From an uncultured delta proteobacterium (GTDB lineage: Bacteria > Desulfobacterota > WTBG01 > CAIYCZ01), in assembly GCA_963803975.1 (NCBI GenBank), contig CAWDOY010000054.1, forward strand, positions 127,607-191,606: a stretch of DNA of 64,000 nucleotides, given 5' to 3'. The position numbers were made by a program, and so were the translations under genes. The notes below the pieces were generated by a model. The model saw nothing but the letters and a program-made list of their open reading frames with translations, did not search any database and was not told where the DNA came from. This document shows, in pieces, positions 33,278 to 44,929 of the stretch; position 1 is the stretch's first letter; each line of letters begins with the position of its first letter.

Positions 33278-33299
33278 TCACAGAGCACGGAGCAGGGCA

Positions 33300-34052
33300 T
33301 TGACCAGGATAGTTGCTGTTGCCGGAAAAGGCGGCACCGGAAAAACCACCATTGCCGGGCTGCTGGTCCGCTATCTGCAGGCGAGCGGCAGGACCCCGGT
33401 GCTTGCGGTGGATGCGGACCCTGACGCCAATCTGGCCGGGGCGCTCGGTATGACAGCGGAAAAAACGATCGGCGGCGCGCGGGAGGATTTTTTCCAAAGC
33501 AAGGGCGATATTCCCGCCGGTATTCCCAAGGAAGCATATCTTGAGGTGAAGCTCCATGAGACGGTCGTTGAGGGGAAAAATGTAGACCTGCTGGTTATGG
33601 GCAGGCCTGAGGGCGCGGGCTGCTACTGCTATATAAATAATTCACTGAGAAAGTATCTGGAAGTTCTGGCGAAAAATTATCCGTATGTCATAATAGATAA
33701 TGAAGCGGGACTTGAGCACCTGAGCAGGCGCACGACCCAGGATGTTGATATCTTGCTGGTGGTTTCAGATTATTCAGCCAATGGGGTGCGCGCGGCAAAA
33801 CGCATTGGAGAGCTGGCTGATGAACTCCATCTGCGGGTGGGGGCGCGGCATCTTATTATAAACGGCGCCCCGGCAACACTGGCCCCGCATTTTGCCGAGG
33901 AAGTGGAGCGGGCCGGCATCCCGGTGGCGGGCATTGTTCCGGTGGATGAACTGCTGCCGCAGTATGAACGGGAAGAGAAGCCGTTGACGGCGCTTCCCGA
34001 CAGTTCTGCTGCAGTACAATCCATGCAGCACATAGCACAAAAATTATTTTAA
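33300..34052 (+). CDS. cooC: CooC/AcsF nickel-insertion ATPase
   Basis: GKGGTGKTT, VDADP, EGAGCYC, DNEAGLEHLSR. Confidence 0.92.
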   Translation: MTRIVAVAGKGGTGKTTIAGLLVRYLQASGRTPVLAVDADPDANLAGALGMTAEKTIGGAREDFFQSKGDIPAGIPKEAYLEVKLHETVVEGKNVDLLVMGRPEGAGCYCYINNSLRKYLEVLAKNYPYVIIDNEAGLEHLSRRTTQDVDILLVVSDYSANGVRAAKRIGELADELHLRVGARHLIINGAPATLAPHFAEEVERAGIPVAGIVPVDELLPQYEREEKPLTALPDSSAAVQSMQHIAQKLF

Positions 34053-34111
34053 ATTAAACAGACCGCGGGGCCGCGGATAGCCATGCTCTGTGGCGATGAG
34101 CGGAGGGCGTC

Positions 34112-35077
34112 ATGACAGCAAAGATTATCAGCGGGACAGAGATTGCAGCGCAGATACGCGAGGAGATCAAAGCCGAGGTTGTGCGCCTCAAAGAGCAGCA
34201 CCGGGTGGTGCCGGGGCTGGTAACGATCCTGGTGGGCCAGAATCCGGCATCGGTCAGCTATGTGACGGCAAAGCAGAACACCGCCCACGATCTTAATTTC
34301 TATTCCCTGCAGGACAGCCAGCCGGAGGATATCTCGGAGGAAAAGCTGCTGCAGCTGATTGCTGCCTACAACCGGGACCCGAAAATCCACGGCATCCTGG
34401 TGCAGCTGCCGCTGCCCAAACACATAGATGAAAAAAAGATTTTAAATGCCCTCGATCCGGACAAGGATGTTGACGGCTTCCACCCGGTCAACGTGGGCCG
34501 GCTGATGATCGGCGGCAGGGAGGCGAAATTTCTGCCCTGCACCCCGGCCGGCATCCAGCAGCTCATTGTCAGGTCAGGGGTGACGGTGGACGGCGCCGAG
34601 GTGGTGGTGGTCGGCCGCTCAAATATTGTCGGCAAACCCATCGCCAACATCCTGCTGCAGAAAGCCCCCGGCGCTAATGCCACGGTTACGGTTGCCCACA
34701 CGGGAACTAAAGACCTCGCCGGTCACTGCAAGCGCGCTGACATCCTGGTGGTGGCAGCCGGTGTGCCGGGGCTGGTGAAGCCTGAGTGGATAAAGCCCGG
34801 CGCGTGCGTCATCGATGTGGGGGTGAACCGGGTCGGTGAGAAGATAAGCGAGAAGACCGGAAAAAAGATTGCCATCCTGCGCGGCGATGTTGACTTTGAT
34901 GCGGCCAAAGAGATTGCCGGCTCCATTACACCGGTGCCGGGCGGCGTCGGGCCCATGACCATCACCATGCTCATGGCCAACACGGTTAAAGCGGCAAAGT
35001 TTGCCGCGGGAATTGAATGTATTCACAAGGCAATCAGCGTTCAAGCGATAAAAGCTCAAGCAGGCTCTTTCACCTGA
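34112..35077 (+). CDS. folD: Methylene-THF dehydrogenase/methenyl-THF cyclohydrolase
   Basis: GILVQLPLP, KDVDGFHP, PCTP, GRSNIVGKP, TPVPGGVGPMT. Confidence 0.97.
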   Translation: MTAKIISGTEIAAQIREEIKAEVVRLKEQHRVVPGLVTILVGQNPASVSYVTAKQNTAHDLNFYSLQDSQPEDISEEKLLQLIAAYNRDPKIHGILVQLPLPKHIDEKKILNALDPDKDVDGFHPVNVGRLMIGGREAKFLPCTPAGIQQLIVRSGVTVDGAEVVVVGRSNIVGKPIANILLQKAPGANATVTVAHTGTKDLAGHCKRADILVVAAGVPGLVKPEWIKPGACVIDVGVNRVGEKISEKTGKKIAILRGDVDFDAAKEIAGSITPVPGGVGPMTITMLMANTVKAAKFAAGIECIHKAISVQAIKAQAGSFT

Positions 35078-35117
35078 CGCCTGTCAGCCTATTAATTGAT
35101 TATCAGGGAGGTGAACT

Positions 35118-36634
35118 ATGCCAGTAGAGTTTCCAAAGCAGCAGTACACGGGAACCATCAGGGAAATTAATCTCGGGAAAGGGGACAAGCAGTTACTGGT
35201 AGGCGGGGAGACCGCGTACCCGTTCTATACCTTTGAAGGCACCATGCCCCATGCGCCAAAGATTGCCATCCAGGTGCTTGATTACGCGCCGGATGACTGG
35301 GCAGAAGCATGTCTTGAGCCCTACCGTGACGTGCTGGGCGACCCGGTCGCCTGGGCGCGCAAAGCCCAGGATGAATACGGCGCGGACATGATCCAGCTGT
35401 GGCTGAAGAGCACTGATCCCAACGGGTTGAACCGGCCCGCGGATGAGGCAGCACAGACAGCAAAAGCAGTGGCGTCTGCAGTATCGGTTCCCGTGATTGT
35501 ATGGGGCTGCGCCAACGCGGACAAGGATGCAGAGGTGCTGAAGAAGGTTGCCGAGGCCTGCGCGGGCCTAAATATCATCATCGGCCCGGTTGTTGAAGCC
35601 AATCACCGGCAGCTGGGCGCGCAGGCGCTGGCGTATAACCTCACCATCGTGGCCAATACCCCGATTGATATCAACCTGGCAAAGCAGCTCAATATCCTGC
35701 TCAGCAACGTGGGCGTAGGCCTGGATAAAATCATTATTGACCCGACCACCGGCGGCCTGGGCTACGGCCTTGAGTACACCTTCTCGGTCATGGAGCGCAT
35801 CCGGCAGGCAGCGCTCACCCAGAATGATGACAAGCTGCAGTGCCCGTTCATGTGCAACTTTGCCGACGAGGTGTGGAAGACCAAAGAGGCAAAGATGCCC
35901 TCTGACCCGAAAATGGGCGATGCCCGGCAGCGCGGCATCCTCATGGAAGCGATCACCGCGGTGACCGTGCTGATGGCCGGGGCAGACATTCTGGTCATGC
36001 GCCATCCGGATGCAATCCAGCAGGTGCGCGACTACGTGGCTGAGCTGGGCGGGTTTGAGCAGCCCAAAGCGGCGAAGCGCGCTGTCCCTGAGACCCGGGC
36101 AGCTGTTGCAGCAGAAGCCCCGGCCGGCATAGCTGCTTCAAATATCGCCGAATCTTTAAAAGAAGGCGCGCTGTGCAAGATCGTCCAGATCATGGATTTA
36201 CCCATGAACCTTGCGCCGGGCTATGCTGTTGCTCTTATTAAGGCCCTGGACAAGGAGGATCTGGGAGAGGGACTGGTGCTGATGACCAGGGGTGCAGCCT
36301 CAGCCGCAGCAGGGTGCCGCGGCCCAGCCTGCAGCGCAGTCCGGGGCAGCCAAGGGGCCGGAAGTAAAAGAGGAATTCAAGCCGAGCCGCACCTGGATGC
36401 CCCTCCAGGACACGGTGGGCGATTATCAGTACCAGCTTGAGGAAAAAGCTGATTTTGCCGGGCATCCGGTAAAGCTTATTAAGGACAATTATGATAAGGG
36501 CGTACCGACCGGAAAAGAAGACTGGCGCAGCATAGAAGAGGACCGCGCGGAAATGCTCAAGCAGGTTAAAGACCAGCCTGCGCTACTGGTACTCGGAAAG
36601 TTACGGCAGTGAAAAGCGGAAGAAACCAGCATAA
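35118..36634 (+). CDS. acsD: Corrinoid Fe-S protein small subunit with a long C-terminal extension (frameshifts about 36310 and 36570)
   Basis: VGGETAYPFY.FEG, PIDINLAKQLN, DPTTGGLGYGLEY..MERIR, AGADILVMRHP. Confidence 0.9.
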
Positions 36635-36641
36635 CCTAATT

Positions 36642-36737
36642 AAAACTCTAAATACTAAGCACTAAATTCTAAACAGGCAGTTTTGAAATTTGAATTTAGG
36701 ATTTGTTTAGGATTTCGATATTCGAATTTAGAAATTT
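36642..36737. repeat. AT-rich heptamer tandem plus inverted repeat
   Basis: aaactctaaatactaagcactaaattctaaac ... tttgaatttaggatttgtttaggatttcgatattcgaatttag. Confidence 0.65.
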
Positions 36738-36756
36738 ACCATGGAGGTAACATGCA

Positions 36757-38749
36757 ATGGCACAAAAACAGGATAAGGATACAGCAAAAGAAAAAGCGCC
36801 GGAGAAGCTGTTAAGCGTATGCGATGCTTCGCTGCATATGATCGGCAAAGCCCGCAAAGAGGGCATCTCAACTGCCTTTGACCGGGCGGAAGCCATGAAG
36901 GCCTGCCCGATCGGCGCGGACGGCAGCTGCTGCAAGAACTGCGCGATGGGCCCCTGCCGCGTTCCCGCCACCAAGAAGGGTGAGGAGCCCGACAAGGTCG
37001 GCGTGTGCGGCGCGACCCCGGCCACCATTGCCGCCCGGAACTTTGCGCGCATGGTTGCTGCCGGCTCTTCAGCCCACTGCGACCATGCCCGCGGTGTTGC
37101 CGAGGTGTTTCTGCTGGCAGCCAAGGGGAAAATTCCCGGCTACGGCATAAAGGATGTGCAGAAGCTGCTGCAGCTGGGCATGGATTTCGGCCTTGAGGTG
37201 GAAAAGATGAACCTCAAAGATATCGCCATCAAAGTCGGCGAGCTGCTGTTCGGCTGAATTCGGCAAGCAGTCAGGAGACCTGGTGTTCACCAAGCGCGCG
37301 CCGCTCAAACGGCAGGAGCTGTGGCGCAAGAACGACCTGATGCCGCGCGGCATAGACCGCGAGATCGTGGACCTGATGCACCGCACGCACATGGGCGTTG
37401 ACCAGGACTACCGCAACCTTATTACCCAGGCAGGCACGGGCGGCGCTGGTCGACGGCTGGGGCGGATCCATGATCGCCACCGAGCTGCAGGACATCATGT
37501 TCGGCACGCCGGTGCCCATTACCGGCACCATCAACCTCGGCGTGCTCAAGGAGGACGAAGTGAACATCATCGTGCACGGCCACGACCCGCTGATCGTCGG
37601 AGATGGTCGTGGTTGCCTGCCAGGACCCGGAAATGAAGGCGCTGGCAAAGTCCAAGGGTGCCAAGGGCATTAACCTTGCCGGCATGTGCTGCACGGCCAA
37701 CGAGGTGCTGATGCGCCACGGCATCCCCATTGCGGGAAACTTTCTGCAGCAGGAGCTTGCCATCATCACCGGCGTGGTGGATGCCATGGTGGTTGATGTG
37801 CAGTGCGAGATGCAGTCCATTCATCAGGTTGCCGAGTGCTTCCACACGGAAGTTATCACCACCTCGCCCAAAGGCAAAGATCGAAGGCGCCACGCATATT
37901 GAGTTTGATGAGCATGACGCCATCAATTCGGCAAAGAAAATTGTTGCGGCGGCAATTGCGCAACTTCCCGCACCGCAAGGGCAAGGCGGATATTCCCAAA
38001 GAAACCAGCCACATGGTGGTCGGGTTTTCCCATGAGACCATCAACTATCTTCTGGGCGGCTCGTTCCGCGCATCCTACCGGCCGCTGAATGATAATATTA
38101 TCAACGGCCGCATCCGCGGCATCGCCGGTGTGGTTGGCTGCAACAATGCGCGCACCGTGCATGACCAGGCGCATCTGGTGCTCATAAAAGAGCTTATTAA
38201 AAATGATGTCATCGTGCTCACCACCGGCTGCAGCGCCATGGCCTGCGGCAAAGCAGGACTGCTGGTGCCGGAAGCAGCGCAAAGTACTGCGGTGCAGGCC
38301 TGGCGGAAGTGTGCGAGACGGTCGGCATCCCGCCGGTGCTGCACATGGGCTCCTGCGTTGACAACAGCCGGATCCTCATCGCAGCAACCGCAGTGGTGAA
38401 GGAAGGCGGGCTCGGCGACGACATCTCCGACCTGCCGGCAGCAGGATGCGCTCCCGAGTGGATGAGTGAAAAGGCTATCGCCATCGGCCATTACTTTGTC
38501 GCCTCCGGGGTCTACACCATATTCGGCGTCACCTTCCCGACCACCGGCAGCAAGATGGTCACTGACTACCTGTTCCAGGAACTGGAAGAGAAGTGGGGCG
38601 GCATGTGGGAGTTTGCCAAAGACCCCATGGAAATGGCCAGAAAGATGATCGCGCATATTGACAAGAAGCGAAAAGCCCTCGGCATTGACAAGGCCCGCGA
38701 ACGGGTGCTCTTTGATATGGAAATGCGCCGGGAACTGGACGCAGTATAG
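36757..38749 (+). CDS. cooS: Ni-CO dehydrogenase catalytic subunit (about 6 frameshifts)
   Basis: CPIGADGSCCKNCAMGPC, CGAT, HCDH, HGHDP, GMCCTANE, DVQC, VGCNN, TGCSA, HMGSCVDN, EWMSEKA. Confidence 0.93.
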
Positions 38750-38753
38750 AAAC

Positions 38754-38836
38754 AAGTACCGAGTGCTGAGACACGAGTACTGAGTAGCAGTAAACCGCTC
38801 AGTCACCCAGTCACTCAGCACTCAGAACTCAGTACT
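38754..38836. repeat. Heptamer (GAGTACT/CTCAGCA-like) tandem plus inverted repeat
   Basis: aagtaccgagtgctgagacacgagtactgagt ... ctcagtcacccagtcactcagcactcagaactcagtactt. Confidence 0.7.
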
Positions 38837-38861
38837 TATTTATAGACAGGAGGTACCAACA

Positions 38862-41067
38862 GTGTCAAAAATCATAGCATCTGCAGCTATTCGAGGAGCC
38901 CATAAGATAGCAGCGCGCGTGGAAAAAAAGTATGCAGAGGTCTTGCAGAAGTACGGGCCTGAAAAGGAGATCGGGTTCCCCGATACCGCGTATTACCTGC
39001 CGATTATTTACGCCATGCTCGGCATCCCGGTAAAGAACCTGGGAGACTGCCAGCTGGTGTTTCAGCGGGCGCGCAGGCTTCTTCCTCCCCCGGTGCATGA
39101 AAAAACGCATCTGCCCTATCTTGCTCCGGCGCTTGATGCCGGCATGGCAACGCTTTTTTATGAGGAGATTGAAGAAGCGATCCGCTACCTCGAGCAGCCT
39201 GATTTTTACCTGCGGGGTGAAGAAGTGACTGATGACAACATCTGGCTGGGAGCGGCCAACGACGTCATTATGAGAAAGCGCGGCGTTGAGTTTGTGGACG
39301 GCACTGCCCCCGGATTTGCCGCGGTGGTCGGCGCGGCCCCGGACAAGGAGACCGCGGCCAAGATTGCCCATGAGCTGCAGCTGAAAAATTTATACGTCTT
39401 TATGGGCGCGGAGAACAATGGCGTCCGATTTTCCCAGCAACTGGTGGAGGCTGATGTCCAGATCGGATGGAACACGCGCCTGGTATCCTTCGGCCCTGAC
39501 GTGTCAGCCTGCGTATTTGCCCTTGGCTTTGCGTCACGCGCGGCCATGGCCTTCGGCGGCGTTGCGCCGGGAGACTTCAGGAAAAACCTCATTTACAATA
39601 AGGACCGCATCTTTGCCTTTGTGCTGGCGCTCGGGTTTGTCTCTGATGAGTGGTATGCCAATGCAGCGGGTGCCATCAATTACGGGTTCCCGGTCATTGC
39701 CGATACGCCCATTCCCGAAGTGCTTCCCACCGGCATCTGCACCTATGAGCACGTGGTATCCAATATTCCCCATGACCAGATGGTAGCCAAGGCCATTGAG
39801 GTGCGCGGCCTGAAAGTTACGCGTGACCGAGGTTCCGATACCGCTGGCCTACGGCCCGGCCTTTGAAGGAGAGCGGGTGCGCGGTGAGGATATCTGCCTT
39901 GAGTGCGGCGGCGGCAGGACCCAGATGGTTGAATTTTCAACGCTGAAGCGCATGGATGAAGTGGAGGACGGCAAGATTGAAATCGTCGGTCCGGATATTA
40001 CTGATGTTCCGGTCGGCTCGAAACTTCCCCTTGCTATTTATGTCGGCGTTGCCGGCCGCCAGATGCAGGAAGATTTTCTCCCCATCCTGGAACGGCAGAT
40101 ACACCACCTGGTCAACTACGCCCAGGGGCTCATGCACATCGGGCAGCGCGATATCGCCTGGGTGCGCATAGCAAAGCAGGCTGTGGAAAAGGGCTTCTCG
40201 CTGAAGCACATCGGAACCATCCTGCATGCCATGTACCACAAGGACTTCGGCAAAATTGTGGACAAGGTGCAGGTGACCATATACACCGAGCAGGAAAAGG
40301 TCATGGAAGTGCTGAAAGAAGCCCGCGACACCTTTAAGAAGCGCGATGAACGGATCGCCGACCTTGCCGACGAGAGCGAAAACACCTTCTACTCCTGCAC
40401 CCTGTGCCAGTCCTTTGCCCCGTCGCACGTGTGCGTGGTAACGCCCGAGCGCACCGGGCTGTGCGGCGCCTACAACTGGCTTGACTGCAAGGCTGCCTTT
40501 GAGATCAACCCCACCGGCCCCAACCAGCCCATAGAAAAGGGCGCGGTTCTTGAAGACCGGCTCGGCCAGTGGGAAGGGGTGAGCGGCTTTGTCAAGCAGG
40601 CCTCCCGCGGCAAAGTGGAGGTGGTGAGCGCCTACAGCATTCTCACCAACCCCATGACCTCATGCGGCTGCTTTGAGTGCATTGCTGCCGTGCTTGATAA
40701 ATGTAACGGCGTCATGACCGTGGACCGGGACTACCGGGGCGAAACTCCCTGCGGCATGAAGTTTACGACCCTTGCCGGCTCTGTGGGAGGCGGCGCGGTT
40801 ACCCCCGGCTTTGTGGGACACAGCAAGCACTTTATCGGTTCCAAGAAATTTATTCGCGCCGAGGGCGGCATCAAGCGCCTGGTCTGGATGCCCAAACAGC
40901 TCAAGGAAGATCTGCGGGAAAAGCTCAATGAGCAGGGCAAACTGCTGGGCATTGAAAATATCGCGGACAAAATCGCTGATGAGACCGTGGGCATTACCCA
41001 GGAGGAAATCCTTCCCTTCCTGAAGGAGAAAGAACATCCGGCCCTCACCATGGAGCCGCTGGTTTAG
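38862..41067 (+). CDS. acsB: Acetyl-CoA synthase, frameshift near 39820
   Basis: FPDTAYYLP, FYSCTLCQSFAP.HVC..CGA, PMTSCGCFEC, GG..TPGF. Confidence 0.96.
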
Positions 41068-41191
41068 ACAGAAGGGGTAAAGCGGTCAGCAGTCAGTTAT
41101 TCAAGGGGCCAAGTGATGGCGAAAACTGACCTTGAACCCTGGAACCGCATGAGTCCTTGAACACCTTATATTCTATAGAGGAGATTGAATA

Positions 41192-42542
41192 ATGGCCCTA
41201 TCCGGAATGGACATCTTTAAACTGCTGCCGAAGACTAACTGCCAGGAGTGCGGTGTTCCCACCTGCCTGGCCTTTGCCATGAAGCTTGCAGCAGGCCAGG
41301 CAGAGCTTGCCTCCTGCCCGTATGTGTCCGAGGATGCGCGGGCAAAGCTCGAGGAGGCATCGGCTCCGCCGATCCGGCCGGTAACCATCGGCTCCGGCGA
41401 GGCGGCGCTCAAGGTGGGCGGCGAGAACGTTATTTTCCGGCATGAAAAGACTTTTGTCAACAAGCCGGGCATCGCGCTGCTTTTAACCGATGCCATGGAC
41501 GACGCGCAGCTTGACGAAAAGCTCAAGCGCTTCAAAGAGCTGCAGTATGAGCGCGTGGGCCTGACGCTGAAAGCTGACTGCGTTGCGCTCAAGGAGACAG
41601 CAAACGACGGGAAGAAGTTTTCCGCGCTGGTGGAGAAGGCAAAGAGAGCGGGTGCTTTAAACCTGATCCTGATGAGCGAGAAGCCGGAGATACTCGCCGC
41701 GGCAGTTGCCGCGTGCAAAGAGCTGCGGCCGCTCCTGTACGCTGCCTGCAACGGCAACGCCGAGGCCCTGGGCAAGCTGGCAAAAGAGAACTCCTGCCCG
41801 CTCGCGGTAAAGGGAAAAAATCTGGATGAGATTGCGGAGATGACGAATAAGCTTACCGCCCTGGGGCTCAAGGACCTGGTCATTGATACCGGCGCCCGCC
41901 AGCTGAGACGGCTGTTTCAGGACCACGTGGCGCTGCGCAGGGCGGCGCTCACCAATAAATTCCGGCCGCTGGGGTATCCCACCATCGTCTTTCCCTGCGA
42001 GATGACCGATGACCCGCTGAAAGAGGCGCTCATTGCTTCAACCTTTGTCCCCAAGTATGGCGGCATCCTGGTGATGTCTGATCTCACCGGGCAGAACCTT
42101 TTTCCCGCTGACGGTGCAGCGCATGAATATCTACACTGACCCGCAGCGGCCCATGGCAACGAGCGAGGGCATTTATGAGATAAACAACCCGGATGAGAAC
42201 TCACCGGTTATTATCACCAGCAACTTCTCCCTTACCTACTTTATCGTGTCAGGGGAAGTGGAGTCGAGCAGGGTGCCCACCTGGATGCTCATAAAAGATA
42301 CCGAGGGACTATCGGTCCTCACGGCCTGGGCAGCCGGAAAATTTGTGGCTGACGCGATTGCGCCGTTTGTCAAGAAGTGCGGCATCGCGGACAAGGTAAA
42401 ACACCGCACCCTGGTGATACCCGGCGCTGCCGCGAGCATCAGCGGCGAGCTTGACGAGGAGCTTCCGGACTGGACGATTCGCATCGGGCCGCGGGAAGCA
42501 GCGCACCTCACGCCATTTTTAAAGAACTGGAAAGCGGAGTAG
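41192..42542 (+). CDS. acsC: Corrinoid Fe-S protein large subunit, frameshift near 42105
   Basis: LPKTNCQECGVPTCLAFA..CP, RHEKTF, IYTDPQRP, SNFSLTY, GLSVLTAWAAGKF. Confidence 0.96.
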
Positions 42543-42545
42543 CAT

Positions 42546-42638
42546 GAATGTCAGAAATGCCAAAGCTCAAATGTCAAAATATTTGAACTTTGTAATTTGG
42601 ATTTTATTTGGCATTTTGATTTTTAAATTTGAAATTTC
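42546..42638. repeat. AT-rich heptamer tandem plus inverted repeat
   Basis: gaatgtcagaaatgccaaagctcaaatgtcaaa ... tttgaactttgtaatttggattttatttggcattttgatttttaaatttgaaattt. Confidence 0.6.
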
Positions 42639-42656
42639 AATACGGAGGGAATCCAT

Positions 42657-43544
42657 ATGATTGCAACTATTGCTGAGAGCATTAACATAATGTCCAAGAC
42701 CATCGGGCCGGCCATGAAGGAAAAGAATGCCAAGCCGATCCAGGAGATGGCCATAGCCGAGGCCGCGGCCGGTGCGACCTTTCTTGACGTGAATATCGGG
42801 CCGGCGCGCAAGGGCGGCGCTGAGATGATGGAGTGGCTGGTGAAAACCATCCACGAGGTGGTGGCTCTGCCCCTGTCCCTTGACACCACCAACATCGAGG
42901 CAATGGAGGCAGGTTTGAAAGCTCACAAAAAAGGCGGCAGGCCCCTGGTCAACTCCGTCTCCTGCCAGCCGGACCGGCTTGAGCCGGGCCTTGAGCTGGT
43001 GAAAAAATATAACGCGCTCATGGTCGGGCTGCTCTGGGGCGCTGACGGCATGCCGCGCGACGCCAACGAGCGGGCAGCGCTGGCGGTGGATATTATCTAC
43101 AAGGCAAATGAAAAGGGCATCCCCAATGAGGATATTTTCATTGACCCGATCGCAACGCCGGTGAGCGGCGAGATCAACCAGGTGCTTGCCTGCACCGAGT
43201 TCCTCGGCATGCTGCAGGACATCGGCCCGGGGTGCAAATCAACGGTCGGGCTTTCCAATGTCTCAAACGGTGCCCCTGCGGAGCTGCGGCCCTTTTTAAA
43301 CCGGCCGTATATGCTGATGCTGCACAAGCAGGGGCTCTACTCGGCCATTGTTGATGCCTATGATAAAGAGATCATGGCGCTTGCCAAAGGGGAGATGCCG
43401 GAGATCTATCAGCTGGTGTGCACGGTGATGGACGGGCAGCCTGTTGACATGGCCGCTCTTTCGAAAAAGGAACAGCAGTACGTGAAGACGGTCAATGTGC
43501 TCATGGGCAAAAACCTCTATTCTCACTCATGGCTTGAGATATAG
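42657..43544 (+). CDS. acsE: Methyl-THF:corrinoid Fe-S protein methyltransferase
   Basis: IAESINIMSK, LDVNIGP, LSLDTTN, VNS, FIDP, GLSNVSNG. Confidence 0.92.
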   Translation: MIATIAESINIMSKTIGPAMKEKNAKPIQEMAIAEAAAGATFLDVNIGPARKGGAEMMEWLVKTIHEVVALPLSLDTTNIEAMEAGLKAHKKGGRPLVNSVSCQPDRLEPGLELVKKYNALMVGLLWGADGMPRDANERAALAVDIIYKANEKGIPNEDIFIDPIATPVSGEINQVLACTEFLGMLQDIGPGCKSTVGLSNVSNGAPAELRPFLNRPYMLMLHKQGLYSAIVDAYDKEIMALAKGEMPEIYQLVCTVMDGQPVDMAALSKKEQQYVKTVNVLMGKNLYSHSWLEI

Positions 43545-43582
43545 CGGTTATCCGTAGCTCGGCTGCAGCCGACAGAGCAAGC

Positions 43583-43635
43583 AAAGAGGGCCGGATTGTC
43601 TCATGGGTTATATTCAGTCACGGCTCTCTTTTTTT
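43583..43635 (+). terminator. Intrinsic terminator after acsE
   Basis: aagagggccg ... cggctctctt followed by a T run. Confidence 0.6.
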
Positions 43636-43744
43636 AATGTTATGGACATCACCGGCATAATTTGTTAATGCAACTACCGGCCTGCATTTTTCTGTCGTAC
43701 GAGGAGAGGTTCTCCGCACTTTTTATTGTCAGGGATGAGCTGCT

Positions 43745-44419
43745 ATGTATGAATTAGCCCGCGGCCCGCTGATGTGGGCTGCTACGGTTATTTTCCTGTC
43801 AGGGATCATATACCGTTCCATCCAGCTGTATCTGCTCACCAGGAAAAAAGAGCGCGTTCTTTTTTCCGCTGCTCCGGTAAAGCCGAAAGAGCGCACCCCC
43901 GAGGAGCGCAAGATGGATTTGATTGTTGCCGTCAGGAATTCGCTGCTCGGCACCCATCCCATCATGGCCATCATCTCAACAGTTTTTCACACCTTTATAT
44001 TTATTATCCCCATTTTTCTCCTGGGCCACAACCTTCTGCTATATGAGTCATGGGGAATCTCTCTCTTCAGCCTTCCTGACGGGCTCTGTGACACGCTGAC
44101 CGCGGTATTCGTGCTGATCGGGCTTTTTTTCCTGCTGCGCCGCATGATCGTGCCCCAGGTGCGCATCATCAGCACGGCGTATGATTATCTGGTGCTGGTC
44201 ATTACCGTCGCGCCGTTTCTTACCGGCTTTTTCGCCTACCACCAGTGGTTTGATTACAAGACCGTCATTACCATCCACATGCTGGTGGGCGAGCTCATGC
44301 TCATTGCCATTCCGTTCACCAAGATCGGTCACATGATCTTTTTCTTTTTTGTGAGAATTCTTATCGGCAGCGAGCACAGCTTCTGGCGCGGCAACAGGGC
44401 GTGGCAGGGCAAAGTATAA
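43745..44419 (+). CDS. NarI-type membrane cytochrome b (HmcE/TmcC/DsrM-like)
   Basis: About 5 TM; His pairs FHTFIFIIPIFLLGH and IHMLVGELMLIAIPFTKIGH; FFLLRR, PFLTGF. Confidence 0.8.
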   Translation: MYELARGPLMWAATVIFLSGIIYRSIQLYLLTRKKERVLFSAAPVKPKERTPEERKMDLIVAVRNSLLGTHPIMAIISTVFHTFIFIIPIFLLGHNLLLYESWGISLFSLPDGLCDTLTAVFVLIGLFFLLRRMIVPQVRIISTAYDYLVLVITVAPFLTGFFAYHQWFDYKTVITIHMLVGELMLIAIPFTKIGHMIFFFFVRILIGSEHSFWRGNRAWQGKV

Positions 44420-44450
44420 ATAATTGTTTATCTGACAAAAGGACGGATTC

Positions 44451-44879
44451 GTGCCTTCAGGACGCAATAAACCGGTAGATACTGAAAAAATAAAAGCAAC
44501 GCTTGAGCAGAACAGGGGAAAGATAAAGCTCTCCCGGGCAGCGTGCGCCAGCTGCAGCCTGTGCGCCGAGAGCTGTTTTCTCTACCGGGGCAATAACCGC
44601 GATCCCCGCTACATGCCGTCCTATAAATGGCTCAGCTCTCTCGGTAAAATCTACAAGAAGCGGGGCAACGTGGACCGGGACTTCCTGGAAAAGACCCGGG
44701 AGAATATCTGGAAGAACTGCGTTCTGTGCATGCGCTGCTACTGCCCCTTCGGCATTGATATTCCCGGCCTGATCGGGCTGGCCCGGAGCATCTACCGCTC
44801 CCAGGGCATTTACGGGATCTATCCCTACACGACCGGCGCACCGGAGGCAGACAATGCCGGCGAGGACAGCGGAAAGTAG
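44451..44879 (+). CDS. Short 2x[4Fe-4S] protein resembling the N-terminal domain of HmcF/TmcB/DsrK (HdrC-like), with no CCG domain
   Basis: CASCSLCAESC..YMPSYK; CVLCMRCYCPFGIDIP; ends at 142 aa. Confidence 0.75.
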   Translation: MPSGRNKPVDTEKIKATLEQNRGKIKLSRAACASCSLCAESCFLYRGNNRDPRYMPSYKWLSSLGKIYKKRGNVDRDFLEKTRENIWKNCVLCMRCYCPFGIDIPGLIGLARSIYRSQGIYGIYPYTTGAPEADNAGEDSGK

Positions 44880-44929
44880 CAGGCGCGGCTGTTTAACAAC
44901 ACAACCATGAACGGTAATGGAGCACGGCA

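Noticed and set aside
37250..37260. TGA ending the first cooS fragment as a possible selenocysteine
   Set aside because: Homology continues in another frame (AEFGKQ) and the position is not a Cys site, so this is a frameshift
36642..42638. CRISPR array interpretation of the intergenic repeats
   Set aside because: Units are degenerate 7-8-mers without spacers, and no cas genes are present
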